IMG/VR virus record: IMGVR_UViG_3300021178_000002
Span: 3,830 to 67,829 of that record
Origin: a virus
Strand: one strand, 5' to 3'
DNA length: 64,000 bases
Made by a program: the position numbers and the translations under genes. Below the pieces are notes generated by a model. It searched no databases and was not told where the DNA came from. It worked only from the letters and a program-made list of their open reading frames with translations. Positions 46,868-56,621 of the stretch are shown here, one piece after another; the stretch's first letter is position 1, and each line of letters begins with the position of its first letter.

Positions 46868-47304
46868 TCGTGCTCCTCGGGCAACCTGCCGCAGATCGCA
46901 CACGGGAGATCGGTGGACATGTCAGGCAGCTCGTATGCGTGAAGCTTGGGGTGGTCACGCTCGTAGATCACCTGCCTGAGGTAAATGCACAGGTCGAGGG
47001 CTTCTTGGTACGCGTCGATGAGAGGATCCCGGCCGGTGTGCGCCTTCAGCAGCTGGCCGTAGCGCTCGATGCCGATGCGCTTCCTCTCCTCGATGTCGGC
47101 GATAACAAGATCCTGCATGGCTGGGCTGCCGGACGGCTTCGGCATCGGCTGGTCCTTGATCGCGTCGTAGCCTCCGATGGACTCGGGAAGACCTAGGGCT
47201 GCGCGTACCTGGTTCGGCCTGATTCTTCCCTCTTGACCCAGCCTGAGCAGGTCAGCCATCGGCATCTCCCGCAGCTCCGCTTCGGTATAGATCTTGTCGT
47301 CCAA
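46864..47304 (-). CDS. all-alpha NTP-pyrophosphatase-like phage protein
   Basis: ERKRIGIERYG...GRD...DAYQEALDLCIY. Confidence 0.6.
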   Translation of the reverse strand: MDDKIYTEAELREMPMADLLRLGQEGRIRPNQVRAALGLPESIGGYDAIKDQPMPKPSGSPAMQDLVIADIEERKRIGIERYGQLLKAHTGRDPLIDAYQEALDLCIYLRQVIYERDHPKLHAYELPDMSTDLPCAICGRLPEEHE

Positions 47305-47305
47305 C

Positions 47306-48100
47306 TCAGACCTTCCAGTACGGCGTGATCCACTCGCCGTCAGCGTTCACTGAGTAGTCGGAGAAGAGCATCGGAGCCCACTCCTGCATGATCTCGGCCA
47401 CCTTCGAGAAGACCAGGCGGATCTCCTCCTCGGCGTCCTTGGCGGTGCGCATGGAGATGACGTGGCGCAGAGTGCGCACGTTGGCCGTCCAGACCATCGA
47501 CGTCGACAGCCCGAGCGGCGCCAGCCGACGCAGGGCTGAGGTCACCTGCTTCTTGTAGGGCATGGGCAGCCCCTCCTCGTCCAGCTTGAAGACCTCGGCC
47601 GCCTGCTTCTGGAACGTCTCCAGGGCCTCGACGATGGTCACCACCGATGGACGCAGAGGCTCTAAGTACGGCGGGATCCGAAAGCCGATGTCGGTCAGCC
47701 GGACGTAGCGAAGGCTCTCTTGAGAGATGGCCACGCCGGCGCGGTGGCGAACAAGCTCGTGGGTGAAGACCCGCGAGACGTCCTCGAAGATGAAGCTGTA
47801 GTTGGCGTGCTCGAGCACCGATCCGTGTCCAACCCTGAGGATGTTGAGCAGGTAGCCTGCGCTGTCCTCGCGAACCATCGTCACGTTGGGGTTAAGCCCC
47901 GGCGCCCACGAGCGGTAGCAGATGCGACCGGCCGCTTCAACTAGCAGCTCGCCGTCAGTCATCTTGGATCGGGGGATCCCGACGCCAGCCATCCGATCTG
48001 CCCAGGCATCGCCTCCAACCGAGCGCACGTACTTCATCAGGTCGGTGTAGTGGATCGCCGGCGATGCGATCAGATGCACCTTCGGAAATGTCTCTCTCAC
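47306..48100 (-). CDS. thyX: flavin-dependent thymidylate synthase
   Basis: AGRICY, GHGSVLEH, RHRAGVAISQESLRY, AEEEIR; GAGGAGG before GTG 48100. Confidence 0.95.
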   Translation of the reverse strand: MRETFPKVHLIASPAIHYTDLMKYVRSVGGDAWADRMAGVGIPRSKMTDGELLVEAAGRICYRSWAPGLNPNVTMVREDSAGYLLNILRVGHGSVLEHANYSFIFEDVSRVFTHELVRHRAGVAISQESLRYVRLTDIGFRIPPYLEPLRPSVVTIVEALETFQKQAAEVFKLDEEGLPMPYKKQVTSALRRLAPLGLSTSMVWTANVRTLRHVISMRTAKDAEEEIRLVFSKVAEIMQEWAPMLFSDYSVNADGEWITPYWKV

Positions 48101-49863
48101 GCTTGTCCTCCTCGTAAATGTCTGAGCATGGTCGCCAAGTCGTCGTTGGAGACCTTGCTGATGCCCGGGAACTTGCCGCTCAGATTGTCTTCGACCAGCT
48201 GGTCGACGGTGCCGACCGCTTTGATGGTGATCACCACCGGCCTGTGATCTAGGCCCATCCGTTTGACCCGTCTCATCGACTGCACGTAGTCGTCGGCGAA
48301 CCAGGTCTTGTCGTGGTAGATGACGGTGTGCGTCATCTGCAGGTTGTGGCCCATCTTGCCGACCGGCATGGCGAGGATGAGGATGTCGATGTTGCCAGCC
48401 TTGTAGGCCTCGAACTTCTCTTCGTTGTCGGCATCGTCGCGCTTGCTGGTCGCACCGTGGATCCACTCGATTCGATGCCGGTCATCCTTGTGCTTACGGG
48501 CTGACTCGGAGAGTCTTCTCCAGAGCGCGTCGGCACCTGGGAGCCACTGCGTCCAGATGATGGTCGGCGTGTCGAAGGCACGCGTCTCATACAGCTCGAC
48601 GATGACGTCGGCCTTGATCGATTCGTCGTTTGGGTCGATGTACTTGGTGCCCTTCTTCGGTTCATCACCCGGACCGGCGATGTTGACCAGGTTGCTGGTG
48701 ATCTGCTGCAGACGGATCAGCTGTGAGAGCACAATCGGAGCCTTGATCTCCCTGCCCGACTCGAGCGTGGTGATGAAGTCGGTGGCCATCTCGTCATAGG
48801 CCTTGAGCTGCTTGGGTCGCAGCTCGACCTCGATCAGCTGCGGGATCTCCTCCGGGAGCTGGTCGAGGACGTCCTTCTGATTACGGACAAACATGACGTC
48901 CTTCAGGTTGCCAATGATGTCTACGTTCTGCCGAGTGCCGGTGACCTCGGTTCCCCAGACGTCTTGAGTGACGTAGCAAACCCGGTTGGTAAAGCGCCAG
49001 TAGGAGTTGAAACCTCGTGGATCCTGAAGGTGCAGCTGAGCCCACAGGTCGTCGGCGTACTTGGTGACTGGGTATCCTGACAACTCCCACCAGTGCTTCT
49101 GCTTCTTCGGGAAAGCCTTACGTAGCTCGAGCAAGCCGAGGTAGCGGTGGCTGTGTCGGTTCTTGACCAGCACTGACTCATCGAGGATGACCAGGTCCCA
49201 GTCGACGGCCATGTACTGCTTCAGCCGCGGGCCGAGGTCGACGACCTTGCCCCTCTTGTCGACAACTACCTTGTCGACCACGGTGTCGTAGTTGGTCAGT
49301 GTCCACCACTGCTCAGACGGAGGTAACCCGTGACGCCGCTCCATGGCGGTGTCTCCAAACCACTTGTCCTCTTCGTTCTCCCAGCTGCGGAGAAGAGACT
49401 TCGGAGCAACGATGAGCACCTTCTTCAGTCCGAGTAACCTGGCGGCCGTCAAAGCGACGACCGTCTTGCCAAGGCCCGGAGAGAGCGCGATCAGACTGGT
49501 TGTGTGCGGTCCGTGGATGAGACGGTAGACCGCCTGCCGCTGGAACCAGTAGAGCTGCTGATAGACCAGCTTGAGAATAGGATCCCAGCCACCGCCTACC
49601 GGTTCTGCTGCCAGCTCATCGCTCATGCTCAGAGCATCCGAGGCGGCTTCTGAAATCTCCAGATCGGGAAGCTGCTCGACCACTGTCTGGGCATAGATGA
49701 GGTATGGGGGAAGCTTCCAGAAGCTGAGCTTCTTGTCCCACGAACCTGCTGCTAGATCTCCGATCCAGCTGTCCTTGGAAAACGGTGCGTGGAGGATGAA
49801 GTTGTCACCGTCGAAGTCGAGGACAGTGGTGATCTTGCGCGGGATGGTGATCCGATAGCTCAT
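48097..49863 (-). CDS. SNF2-family helicase
   Basis: PGLGKT, ILDES, LSGYP, GHNLQ, QSMRRVKRMG. Confidence 0.85.
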   Translation of the reverse strand: MSYRITIPRKITTVLDFDGDNFILHAPFSKDSWIGDLAAGSWDKKLSFWKLPPYLIYAQTVVEQLPDLEISEAASDALSMSDELAAEPVGGGWDPILKLVYQQLYWFQRQAVYRLIHGPHTTSLIALSPGLGKTVVALTAARLLGLKKVLIVAPKSLLRSWENEEDKWFGDTAMERRHGLPPSEQWWTLTNYDTVVDKVVVDKRGKVVDLGPRLKQYMAVDWDLVILDESVLVKNRHSHRYLGLLELRKAFPKKQKHWWELSGYPVTKYADDLWAQLHLQDPRGFNSYWRFTNRVCYVTQDVWGTEVTGTRQNVDIIGNLKDVMFVRNQKDVLDQLPEEIPQLIEVELRPKQLKAYDEMATDFITTLESGREIKAPIVLSQLIRLQQITSNLVNIAGPGDEPKKGTKYIDPNDESIKADVIVELYETRAFDTPTIIWTQWLPGADALWRRLSESARKHKDDRHRIEWIHGATSKRDDADNEEKFEAYKAGNIDILILAMPVGKMGHNLQMTHTVIYHDKTWFADDYVQSMRRVKRMGLDHRPVVITIKAVGTVDQLVEDNLSGKFPGISKVSNDDLATMLRHLRGGQA

Positions 49864-50042
49864 CGCTTCCGACTCAGCATGAGAGAGACGGCGATTGACA
49901 CGTAACACACGACGAAGATCACACTGCCGGCGATGATCAAGACGGTTCCCCACCCTGCCTCCACCACAATGCGATCAAGAAAGAAGGCGGCCAAAGCGAG
50001 GAATGGAACTGTGAGCATTGTGCATCCGATTCGGTTCCTCAT
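49860..50042 (-). CDS. small membrane protein
   Basis: two hydrophobic segments; ATGA overlaps. Confidence 0.5.
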   Translation of the reverse strand: MRNRIGCTMLTVPFLALAAFFLDRIVVEAGWGTVLIIAGSVIFVVCYVSIAVSLMLSRKR

Positions 50043-50359
50043 TGCTTCCGTCCGTGCAGCAGGACTCTGACAGTGGTGCGGTCGCGGCCGATGAAGTCGC
50101 CGATTCGATAGTGGTTCCACCCGTGCTCCGCCAGAAACTTGGCGATGCGTCGACGAGCTTCGACCATATCGACATGGTTGTCCTGCTTGCGGACATCTTC
50201 GAGCGTGAGGTTCTGGTCGGCGAGCCACTCTTCGATTGCTTTACCGGCGGGCCCGATGTGGATTGTCCGCACCGGCTCCGGCAGGTAGCGTCCACATCCA
50301 CATGGGCATAGCTTTCTGACCGGGATGATGTCCCGGTCGGTTGAGGGCTGACCGATCAC
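50039..50359 (-). CDS. CxCGC plus DnaA-C-terminal-like HTH protein
   Basis: CPCGCG; EARRRIA...IGDFIGRDRTTV. Confidence 0.6.
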   Translation of the reverse strand: MIGQPSTDRDIIPVRKLCPCGCGRYLPEPVRTIHIGPAGKAIEEWLADQNLTLEDVRKQDNHVDMVEARRRIAKFLAEHGWNHYRIGDFIGRDRTTVRVLLHGRKQ

Positions 50360-50610
50360 GCGGCCGCCTTTTTCCTCGGCGCCGGCCGCCCCTTGCTCTT
50401 CAGCTGGGCTCGAACACACTTGTCGCAGCGACAGCCGTAGTTCTGGTAGCCGGTGGTAGTGCCGTGCGGGATGTCCTCCTGAGGAGTAGTCCGCAGCTTG
50501 GCTCGGAGACTTCGCATGTACTCTCGAGCGGCCTTGCGACACTTGTCGCAGCGACACTTCAGGGTGTAGTAACGAGTGGTGGTGCCATGCGGGGCGATGC
50601 GTCGCTTCAT
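50356..50610 (-). CDS. protein with two HGT..Y..CRC..C zinc repeats
   Basis: PHGTTTRY..LKCRCDKC and PHGTTTGYQNYGCRCDKC; AAGGAG RBS. Confidence 0.75.
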   Translation of the reverse strand: MKRRIAPHGTTTRYYTLKCRCDKCRKAAREYMRSLRAKLRTTPQEDIPHGTTTGYQNYGCRCDKCVRAQLKSKGRPAPRKKAAA

Positions 50611-50837
50611 GATCTCTCCTTTGCCATGTTGGCTAACAATCCGATGACGTAAAGGACGGCGATGGTTCCTACCACGATGTAAGCGACGACCGCCCAGAAG
50701 TGTGGGAAGAGCGAAGCTGGGGCAGCAATGATGAAGAGCAGCAAGAGGACGTTCCCACATCCCCAGCAGCCGCCTCTGTTCTCGGTTTTGACGACGGTCT
50801 TCGAGCCGTCAGAGTTGGTGATGGTAGTCGTTTTCAC
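50607..50837 (-). CDS. small membrane protein
   Basis: two TM segments; coupled. Confidence 0.55.
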   Translation of the reverse strand: MKTTTITNSDGSKTVVKTENRGGCWGCGNVLLLLFIIAAPASLFPHFWAVVAYIVVGTIAVLYVIGLLANMAKERS

Positions 50838-52312
50838 TGGTTGATCCAGCCGAGCCCGCCCAGGTCGAGCTGCAGCTTGGCCCGCGTCACGGTGACGTAG
50901 GCGAGGCGGGTCTCCTCCTGAGAGAACTTGAAGGTGGGCGACTCCGGGTCTCGCATGAAGTCAGGACCGACGCGTACCGACTCCCACTCCCGACCCTTGG
51001 CCTTGTGCGCCGTGCTCACGGTGACGTCCGCCACCGATTCCTCGGCGAGGTTGTCGACGATGGTGATCACACCCTCCGCGGTGTAGGTGTCGATCAGGTT
51101 GACGAAGACCCTGAGATCGGATCCGGCGCGCTCGTTCTGCACGAACTCCTGGACCTCGTGCCAACTCTTGAAGAGCATCAGCTCGCGGTGGCTGGTTGAC
51201 TGGCCGTTCTGAAGCTGGATGGCAGCTCGAGCCAGCGCGATCAGCTCTCGGCCGTTGCCGACCAGTGCTGCCTTGAGCCCCTGTCCCTGTGCGTAGATGA
51301 CCTCGGCCAGGGCACCGGCGTTGGAGCGGCATAGGATGGCGCGCGGCTGTTCGATGGGACCGACCACCGACTCGAGCTTGGTGTTGCCGGTGATGCGGAA
51401 CTCCCCGAGCTTGGCCAGCCATCGGTTGGCCTCGTCGGCGATCGCTGGACCGAAACGGAACGACTGGGAGAGAGGCAGACGGCGGCCTTCGAAGTCGTCC
51501 ATGGCATCGACGGCGCCCCGCCAGGCGTAGATCTGCTGTGCCGGGTCTCCAACCAGGATCTTCTGAGCGTTGTACTGGTTCTTGATGATGGCCGCGATCA
51601 CGGGGTTGGCGTCCTGCGCTTCGTCGAGCAGGATGAAGTCAGCCGGAAGCTGGACGCCCGAGAGGTGCCACATCTTCAGGTAGTGGTCGTGCTCGAAGCG
51701 CATGCGACCGCCGTCCACCAGGTTGACGTCGTCCCAGATCTGGCGGGCATAGGGAAGCACCCTCTCGGCGACAGCCTTGTTCTGCTTGCGTGAGAGCTTG
51801 ATCTCCCAGGGCACATGCTCCAGGGAGATGAACTCGTCGGCTGACCAGCAGAAATTCTGCACGGTGTCGCCGGCGATGGTGGCAAGGTGCTTGGGCTCAA
51901 GCGAGGCCCGTGTGAACCTCTCACCCTTCTCCTCGTCCTCGTCGAGCAAGATGCCGGTCATGCCAAGCATCTCGGCCACCCGCCAGGATGGGACACGGGA
52001 GTCCGTCAGCCTGGACTGGAACTTGAAGCCCACCGCGCGGAAGGCGAGCGAGTGGGCAGTTGAGCAGTTCACGTTGGGCGGGAAGGTGCCTTTGGCATCG
52101 GTGGCGATCGCCTTGTTGTAGGCGATGTAGAAGCCGCGGCGTGGAGCCAGCGCGCGTCCGATCATGCGCTGGGTCGAGGTCTTCCCGGAGCCTGCGCCGG
52201 CGACCACCACCAGGTCCCCACCAGTGCGCGCGGCACCGATGATGGCAGCCTGCTCGTCGGTCGGCTTCAGCTGCGGCGTGGCGGTCGGGAACTTGACGTG
52301 GATTTCTGGCAT
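50834..52312 (-). CDS. UvrD/SF1 helicase
   Basis: AGAGSGKT, LLDEAQD, VGDPAQQIY.WRGA, SFRFG, TAHKAKGREW, YVTVTRA. Confidence 0.92.
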   Translation of the reverse strand: MPEIHVKFPTATPQLKPTDEQAAIIGAARTGGDLVVVAGAGSGKTSTQRMIGRALAPRRGFYIAYNKAIATDAKGTFPPNVNCSTAHSLAFRAVGFKFQSRLTDSRVPSWRVAEMLGMTGILLDEDEEKGERFTRASLEPKHLATIAGDTVQNFCWSADEFISLEHVPWEIKLSRKQNKAVAERVLPYARQIWDDVNLVDGGRMRFEHDHYLKMWHLSGVQLPADFILLDEAQDANPVIAAIIKNQYNAQKILVGDPAQQIYAWRGAVDAMDDFEGRRLPLSQSFRFGPAIADEANRWLAKLGEFRITGNTKLESVVGPIEQPRAILCRSNAGALAEVIYAQGQGLKAALVGNGRELIALARAAIQLQNGQSTSHRELMLFKSWHEVQEFVQNERAGSDLRVFVNLIDTYTAEGVITIVDNLAEESVADVTVSTAHKAKGREWESVRVGPDFMRDPESPTFKFSQEETRLAYVTVTRAKLQLDLGGLGWINQ

Positions 52313-52330
52313 TCTGTCCTCCTAGGAACA

Positions 52331-52383
52331 ATAATAATTCTGGTTGTAGAGTTGTGTCAAGGGGGTTGTTGTTGATCTATACT
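52331..52383. promoter_or_regulatory. overlapping divergent promoters (helicase operon and primase)
   Basis: minus: TTGACA (52360-52355), 18 bp spacer, TATTAT (52336-52331); plus: TATACT at 52378-52383. Confidence 0.65.
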
Positions 52384-52554
52384 CCGGCAGCACCCGGAAC
52401 CTGGGTGTCTCGAGGTTAACGGTCACCGCTGTTTCAGTGAGCGGAGACACGAGATCGGTTGGACGGGCTGTGCCGCCCGCTCCCCCGGTCTCCCTCGGGG
52501 CATCCAGATTCACGATGGTGCATTCTTCACCGCGACACATATGAGGCACAGCAT

Positions 52555-54408
52555 TTGAGTCGTATCCGGATCCGGGTTTCTAAGGTTCCCCTCGTCACCC
52601 TTGAACAGCTGCTCGCGCAGCCTGATGTCAAGCAGGAGTCGGAGCACTCGTGGTTCGTCACCTGCCCGTCACACAATGACCCAAGCCCGTCGCTCCACGT
52701 CACCCGGCAGCCTGATGGGACTCCCATCTTTCACTGCTTTGCCGGATGCACCTTCGCCCAGATCGTCGAGGCCTTCCAGGGCTTCCCTGTTGAAGAAGCT
52801 GTTGTGTCCAACAGTCATCCCAACGGTAACGGCCACAAGAACGGGACCGGATCCAGTCCGCTGACGACCAAGGTGCTGGCTCCCACCCCGATCGATTGGC
52901 TGGCCTCGTACACGTCTCTGAGCCCCGACTTCCTGCTCACGCAGTCGATCGACTTCAGCCACCGCGGCAAGATCGGCTTCGTCTTCCCACACTCCCGCGC
53001 GGTGAAGTGGCGTGAGGTCAAGGGTGGAGTCAAGGGGAGCTGGACGGTCAACGAGGACAACGCTCCTCCGCTCTGGCCGGAGCTGCCAGATGAGCTGCCA
53101 GAGGTCATCTTCCTGACCGCCGGAGAGACGGACTGTCTGTGCCTGCGAGCGACCGGCGTGGAGGCCTTCGCTCTGACCAAGGGGGAGATGGGACTCCCGC
53201 CGGCGCATCTCTTCCGAGACATGGCCCGCCGTGGGGCCCAGGAGATCGTCTACACAGCCGACGTCGACGACACAGGACACCAGTCAGCTGGCTTGCTGGT
53301 CCAGCGAGTCGACGAAGCGGGACTCGAATGCACCCTGCTCGACCTGACCAGCCATCTCAACGCAGCACTGGGCGAGAAGGACGTGCGTGCATTGACGCGA
53401 CGCGTCGGGGTGGTCCAGCTCCGAGAGCTGCTCGAGGAGGAGTATCTTCGGCCGCCCGTCCTCCCAGGCTCGCTGGCCGACTTCGTGGCTGGAGCACCTC
53501 CCGAGATCCCCTGGCTGATGACACCGATCATCGTGCGCGGGGCGACCACGCTCTTCAGTGGCCACGCCAAGGCGGGCAAGACCACCTTCATCATCAAGGT
53601 CCTGCTCACCATGCACGAAGGCGGCGATGTCCTGGGCATGCCGGTGCATCAGGGCAAGGTGCTGATCTGGACGGAGAACAGCCGCATGGTCTGGCGCGCC
53701 AAGGTCCACGATGCCAAGCCCGAGCAGCTCGATCACATCTTCATCCTTCCCCGCACCGACGAGCGCTTCCTGGGCAAGACCTTCGACGAGAACGTCCGCA
53801 TCGTCTTCGATCTAGCAGTCCAGCTCGGGTGCTCGCTGATCGTACTCGACACCTTGACCGGCTTGGCTGCGATCGAAGAAGAGAACGAAGCCTCTCAGGT
53901 CTCGGCCGCGCTGATCCCGGTGAGCAAGACAGCTCAGCGTCACCAGATCGCATGCGTCATGGTCCACCACCTCGGACGTTCCGGCAACGAGCGTGGATCC
54001 ACTGTGTTCCTCTCCGAGCCCGACATCCTGGTCCGGCTCGATGGCGAGTACGCCGAGGAGCGGACGCTGCGGGTGAAGAACAACATGCTGATCAACCCGC
54101 CCGAAGACCTCGTCTTCAAGATGGATCCAGAGGGCAACTACGTGATCGGTGTCGCCGGCGTGAACAACGACGATGCTCTCGCCATCCTGGATGTGATGCC
54201 GCTGACGCAGGCCGAAGCCCTCTCTCTGCAGGACATCGCCGCTGCGATGGGGCTCGGCTGGGACAAACCTATCCGAGATTCGCTGGCTCTGCAGCTGACT
54301 CAGCTTGAAAAGGCGGGGAAGATCCGTCGCATCTCTCAGGGAGCCGGTCTCCCCGCGCTACACCACCGGGTCTCTCGCTTCGCAGTTCGAGCTACGAGGA
54401 AGAGCTAA
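52555..54408 (+). CDS. primase-helicase (Zn finger, TOPRIM, AAA_25/RepA ATPase, wHTH)
   Basis: CPSHND..PSL...HCFAGC; AGETD, DVDDTG; GHAKAGKT, IVLDTL, VHH, RGS; TTG start at 52555 inferred. Confidence 0.85.
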   Translation: MSRIRIRVSKVPLVTLEQLLAQPDVKQESEHSWFVTCPSHNDPSPSLHVTRQPDGTPIFHCFAGCTFAQIVEAFQGFPVEEAVVSNSHPNGNGHKNGTGSSPLTTKVLAPTPIDWLASYTSLSPDFLLTQSIDFSHRGKIGFVFPHSRAVKWREVKGGVKGSWTVNEDNAPPLWPELPDELPEVIFLTAGETDCLCLRATGVEAFALTKGEMGLPPAHLFRDMARRGAQEIVYTADVDDTGHQSAGLLVQRVDEAGLECTLLDLTSHLNAALGEKDVRALTRRVGVVQLRELLEEEYLRPPVLPGSLADFVAGAPPEIPWLMTPIIVRGATTLFSGHAKAGKTTFIIKVLLTMHEGGDVLGMPVHQGKVLIWTENSRMVWRAKVHDAKPEQLDHIFILPRTDERFLGKTFDENVRIVFDLAVQLGCSLIVLDTLTGLAAIEEENEASQVSAALIPVSKTAQRHQIACVMVHHLGRSGNERGSTVFLSEPDILVRLDGEYAEERTLRVKNNMLINPPEDLVFKMDPEGNYVIGVAGVNNDDALAILDVMPLTQAEALSLQDIAAAMGLGWDKPIRDSLALQLTQLEKAGKIRRISQGAGLPALHHRVSRFAVRATRKS

Positions 54409-54595
54409 AGCTTCTTCGCTCGCCTCGCCATGGCGTTTTCGTGTGCCTTCCTGCCGGCGCTCTGCCGCCCTCGCTGAGCAGACTCGGCGTCGTAGTGAAA
54501 GAGGTTGGGAGCTTTGTGGTTCTGTTCGCGAGCGATCCGGCTGGCCACACCTCCAATGGTCGAGTCTTCAGGTGGATCCCATACGTCTGCTTGTC

Positions 54596-55009
54596 TCAAG
54601 AGAACTGCTTCACCACCTTCACGACGACGGCGGCGATGGCCCCGAGGATGGTAAGGACGAGACCGGCTGCGAAGAGTGCGAGGAGCCCATTGTGAGGCGA
54701 GTGATCCTGATCACATGGGTCATCCTTTTTGCTTGTTCCCTTGTCTCGTAAGCGTTGAGGAGAGCGACGACTTCTAGCTCTGGGTTTGGACCTGGAGTTG
54801 GCGGGCGGAGCGGGTGATTTGCTCGCAGCTCCTGGAGCTGGTGACGTCTTAGCTTTCTCCCGTCGCTCATCGCGCTCGATCTCTGCGTCCAACCGGCGGA
54901 TGGTTTGATCCAGGCGCTCCTGGTGTGCGACCTCGACCCAGATCTCCTCGAAGTCGTCGTGGACATGCTTCTGTCCAGCTTCGGAGAGAGCAGGCCGCCG
55001 CCGCTTCAT
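54596..55009 (-). CDS. membrane protein with possible internal frame problem
   Basis: TAGTGT 6 nt before the ATG; C-terminal TM helix. Confidence 0.5.
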   Translation of the reverse strand: MKRRRPALSEAGQKHVHDDFEEIWVEVAHQERLDQTIRRLDAEIERDERREKAKTSPAPGAASKSPAPPANSRSKPRARSRRSPQRLRDKGTSKKDDPCDQDHSPHNGLLALFAAGLVLTILGAIAAVVVKVVKQFS

Positions 55010-55018
55010 GGCGTGACA

Positions 55019-55444
55019 CTACACCGTGTACCCCCGGACTCGGAAGATAAATCCACCGAAGTTGATGTCGACGTATCCCATGCTGGTCCCGTAATACCCA
55101 GTGGCCGTCGTGTTCGTGGTGGAACCGTAGGTCGGCACTGGAGGTCGATATGTCGGCTGGGGTGGAGGCGGCGGCGAAGGCTGAGGCGTGAGTTCGTCGA
55201 TGTCCATCACCTTGAGCCCGAGAGCGATCAACCGGCGTGCCGCAAGTGTCACAGCGGTGTGCTTTTCATCTTCGGTGGGCGGCTTCTGGTCAGGACTTGA
55301 AGCTTCATAGTTGGCCACCCGGAGCAGCTTGAGGATGACCTCCAGATCCTTGTTTGGGTAGGTCTTCCGGCACCTGGTACAGATAGTGAGGACCGGCCCA
55401 CGAGTGAGCAGGCCCTCACATTTGCACACAATCCCGAGATTCAT
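55019..55444 (-). CDS. hypothetical protein with Cys motifs and Pro-rich linker
   Basis: CKC...CTRC; TAAGAT upstream. Confidence 0.6.
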   Translation of the reverse strand: MNLGIVCKCEGLLTRGPVLTICTRCRKTYPNKDLEVILKLLRVANYEASSPDQKPPTEDEKHTAVTLAARRLIALGLKVMDIDELTPQPSPPPPPQPTYRPPVPTYGSTTNTTATGYYGTSMGYVDINFGGFIFRVRGYTV

Positions 55445-55475
55445 CTCGGGCGAATCTTACTTCCGTCGGTGTCCC

Positions 55476-56609
55476 TTACGGGTTGGACTTGAACCACGAC
55501 TTGATCCATTCGAAGAGGGCACTGAAAAACTGCTCCCACGCTGACGGAGTCACGGGCGGCGGCGTCGGAGGTGGAGGTGTTGGAGGAACAGGCGGGGGAG
55601 GCGGTGTTGGTGGGACGGGCGGGGGTGGCGTCGGCGGAGGAGTAGGTGGAACTGGCGGAGTAGGCGGAACGATTGCACCCTGAATGTCCGACAAGCGGAG
55701 CCCATAGCCTTCGTTGTGATCGTGGCTGTACTGCGTGATGGCGTAAGCCACGGGCCGATTCGTGCTCACGTACGAGGTCGCAAGCGTGCCGGGTCCGACT
55801 GTCTTGCCGATGTTGGTGTCAGTCGCCATTGCCACAATCGGAATCGCACTTGCCAACTGGTAAACCGCTGGTGATGCAGTGTCTCCTGGCACGGGCGGGG
55901 GTGGCGGCGGAGGAGGGGGTGGGGGTGGGCTGTTGATGATGACTGCGCGTGCGGCGATAGCGTCTCCGTTCAAGCCGTCGTAGCACGAGGTCTGTGCGCC
56001 GTTGCACTCGTGGTGGGCGAGCCATCCACCATCCACTCCGCGATGAACGATGGGGATGCCGGTTCGCGATGAGATGTCGGCTACGAGTTCGGCGTACGCC
56101 TCGTAGAATGCGGGCGTTCGCGGCCCGTTGAAGTCGCCGCCGTCTTCCCCCTCAATCGTCACGGAGTCGAGGTTGGAGCCGGGGTTGTTTGAGTACGTAC
56201 CGTTGGTCCACGCAGCGTCGGACTCGTGGACCATCTGCACGATGGAGCCATCCAGACCGACGAGGTAATGAGCGCTCGCCTGCCGTGCAACTGTCTGAAA
56301 CGCCGTGATCGTGCCGGACATCCATCCGACCATGGTGTGCATGACGATCCACGAGTTGGGATCGGCCTGCGTCCACGTCGGATTGTGTCCGTCGCGGTTC
56401 GGCGAGTAGTTGGGACTCGGTACCCAGCGAATGCCGGGGAGCCCGCGCTTGACCAGCCGCGCATGAAGCGTTGCATGATGGACGGGCGGCGCCAGCTTGA
56501 TAGGCTGAGCAATCTTCTTGGGGTCGCCGTCGGGTAGACCAGAAGGGTTGGGGTGCCGCTGCACCCATAGCTGCCAGAGTTCGTCATCTGTCATTAGTCG
56601 GTCACTCAT
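55476..56609 (-). CDS. N-acetylmuramoyl-L-alanine amidase (endolysin candidate)
   Basis: SPNY, IVMHT, ASAHYLVG.DG.IVQMV.E...AW, SVTIEGE, AHH, TSC; AAGGAG RBS. Confidence 0.88.
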   Translation of the reverse strand: MSDRLMTDDELWQLWVQRHPNPSGLPDGDPKKIAQPIKLAPPVHHATLHARLVKRGLPGIRWVPSPNYSPNRDGHNPTWTQADPNSWIVMHTMVGWMSGTITAFQTVARQASAHYLVGLDGSIVQMVHESDAAWTNGTYSNNPGSNLDSVTIEGEDGGDFNGPRTPAFYEAYAELVADISSRTGIPIVHRGVDGGWLAHHECNGAQTSCYDGLNGDAIAARAVIINSPPPPPPPPPPPPVPGDTASPAVYQLASAIPIVAMATDTNIGKTVGPGTLATSYVSTNRPVAYAITQYSHDHNEGYGLRLSDIQGAIVPPTPPVPPTPPPTPPPPVPPTPPPPPVPPTPPPPTPPPVTPSAWEQFFSALFEWIKSWFKSNP

Positions 56610-56621
56610 GGCGTCTCCTTT

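Noticed and set aside
7418-54408. Inteins or introns in TerL, PolA or helicases
   Set aside because: Motif spacing and lengths look normal; no splice-junction signatures noticed
55554-55680. GGC/GGT/GGA-rich tract as a DNA repeat or G-quadruplex element
   Set aside because: Explained by poly-proline codons of the amidase linker; same for 63950-64000
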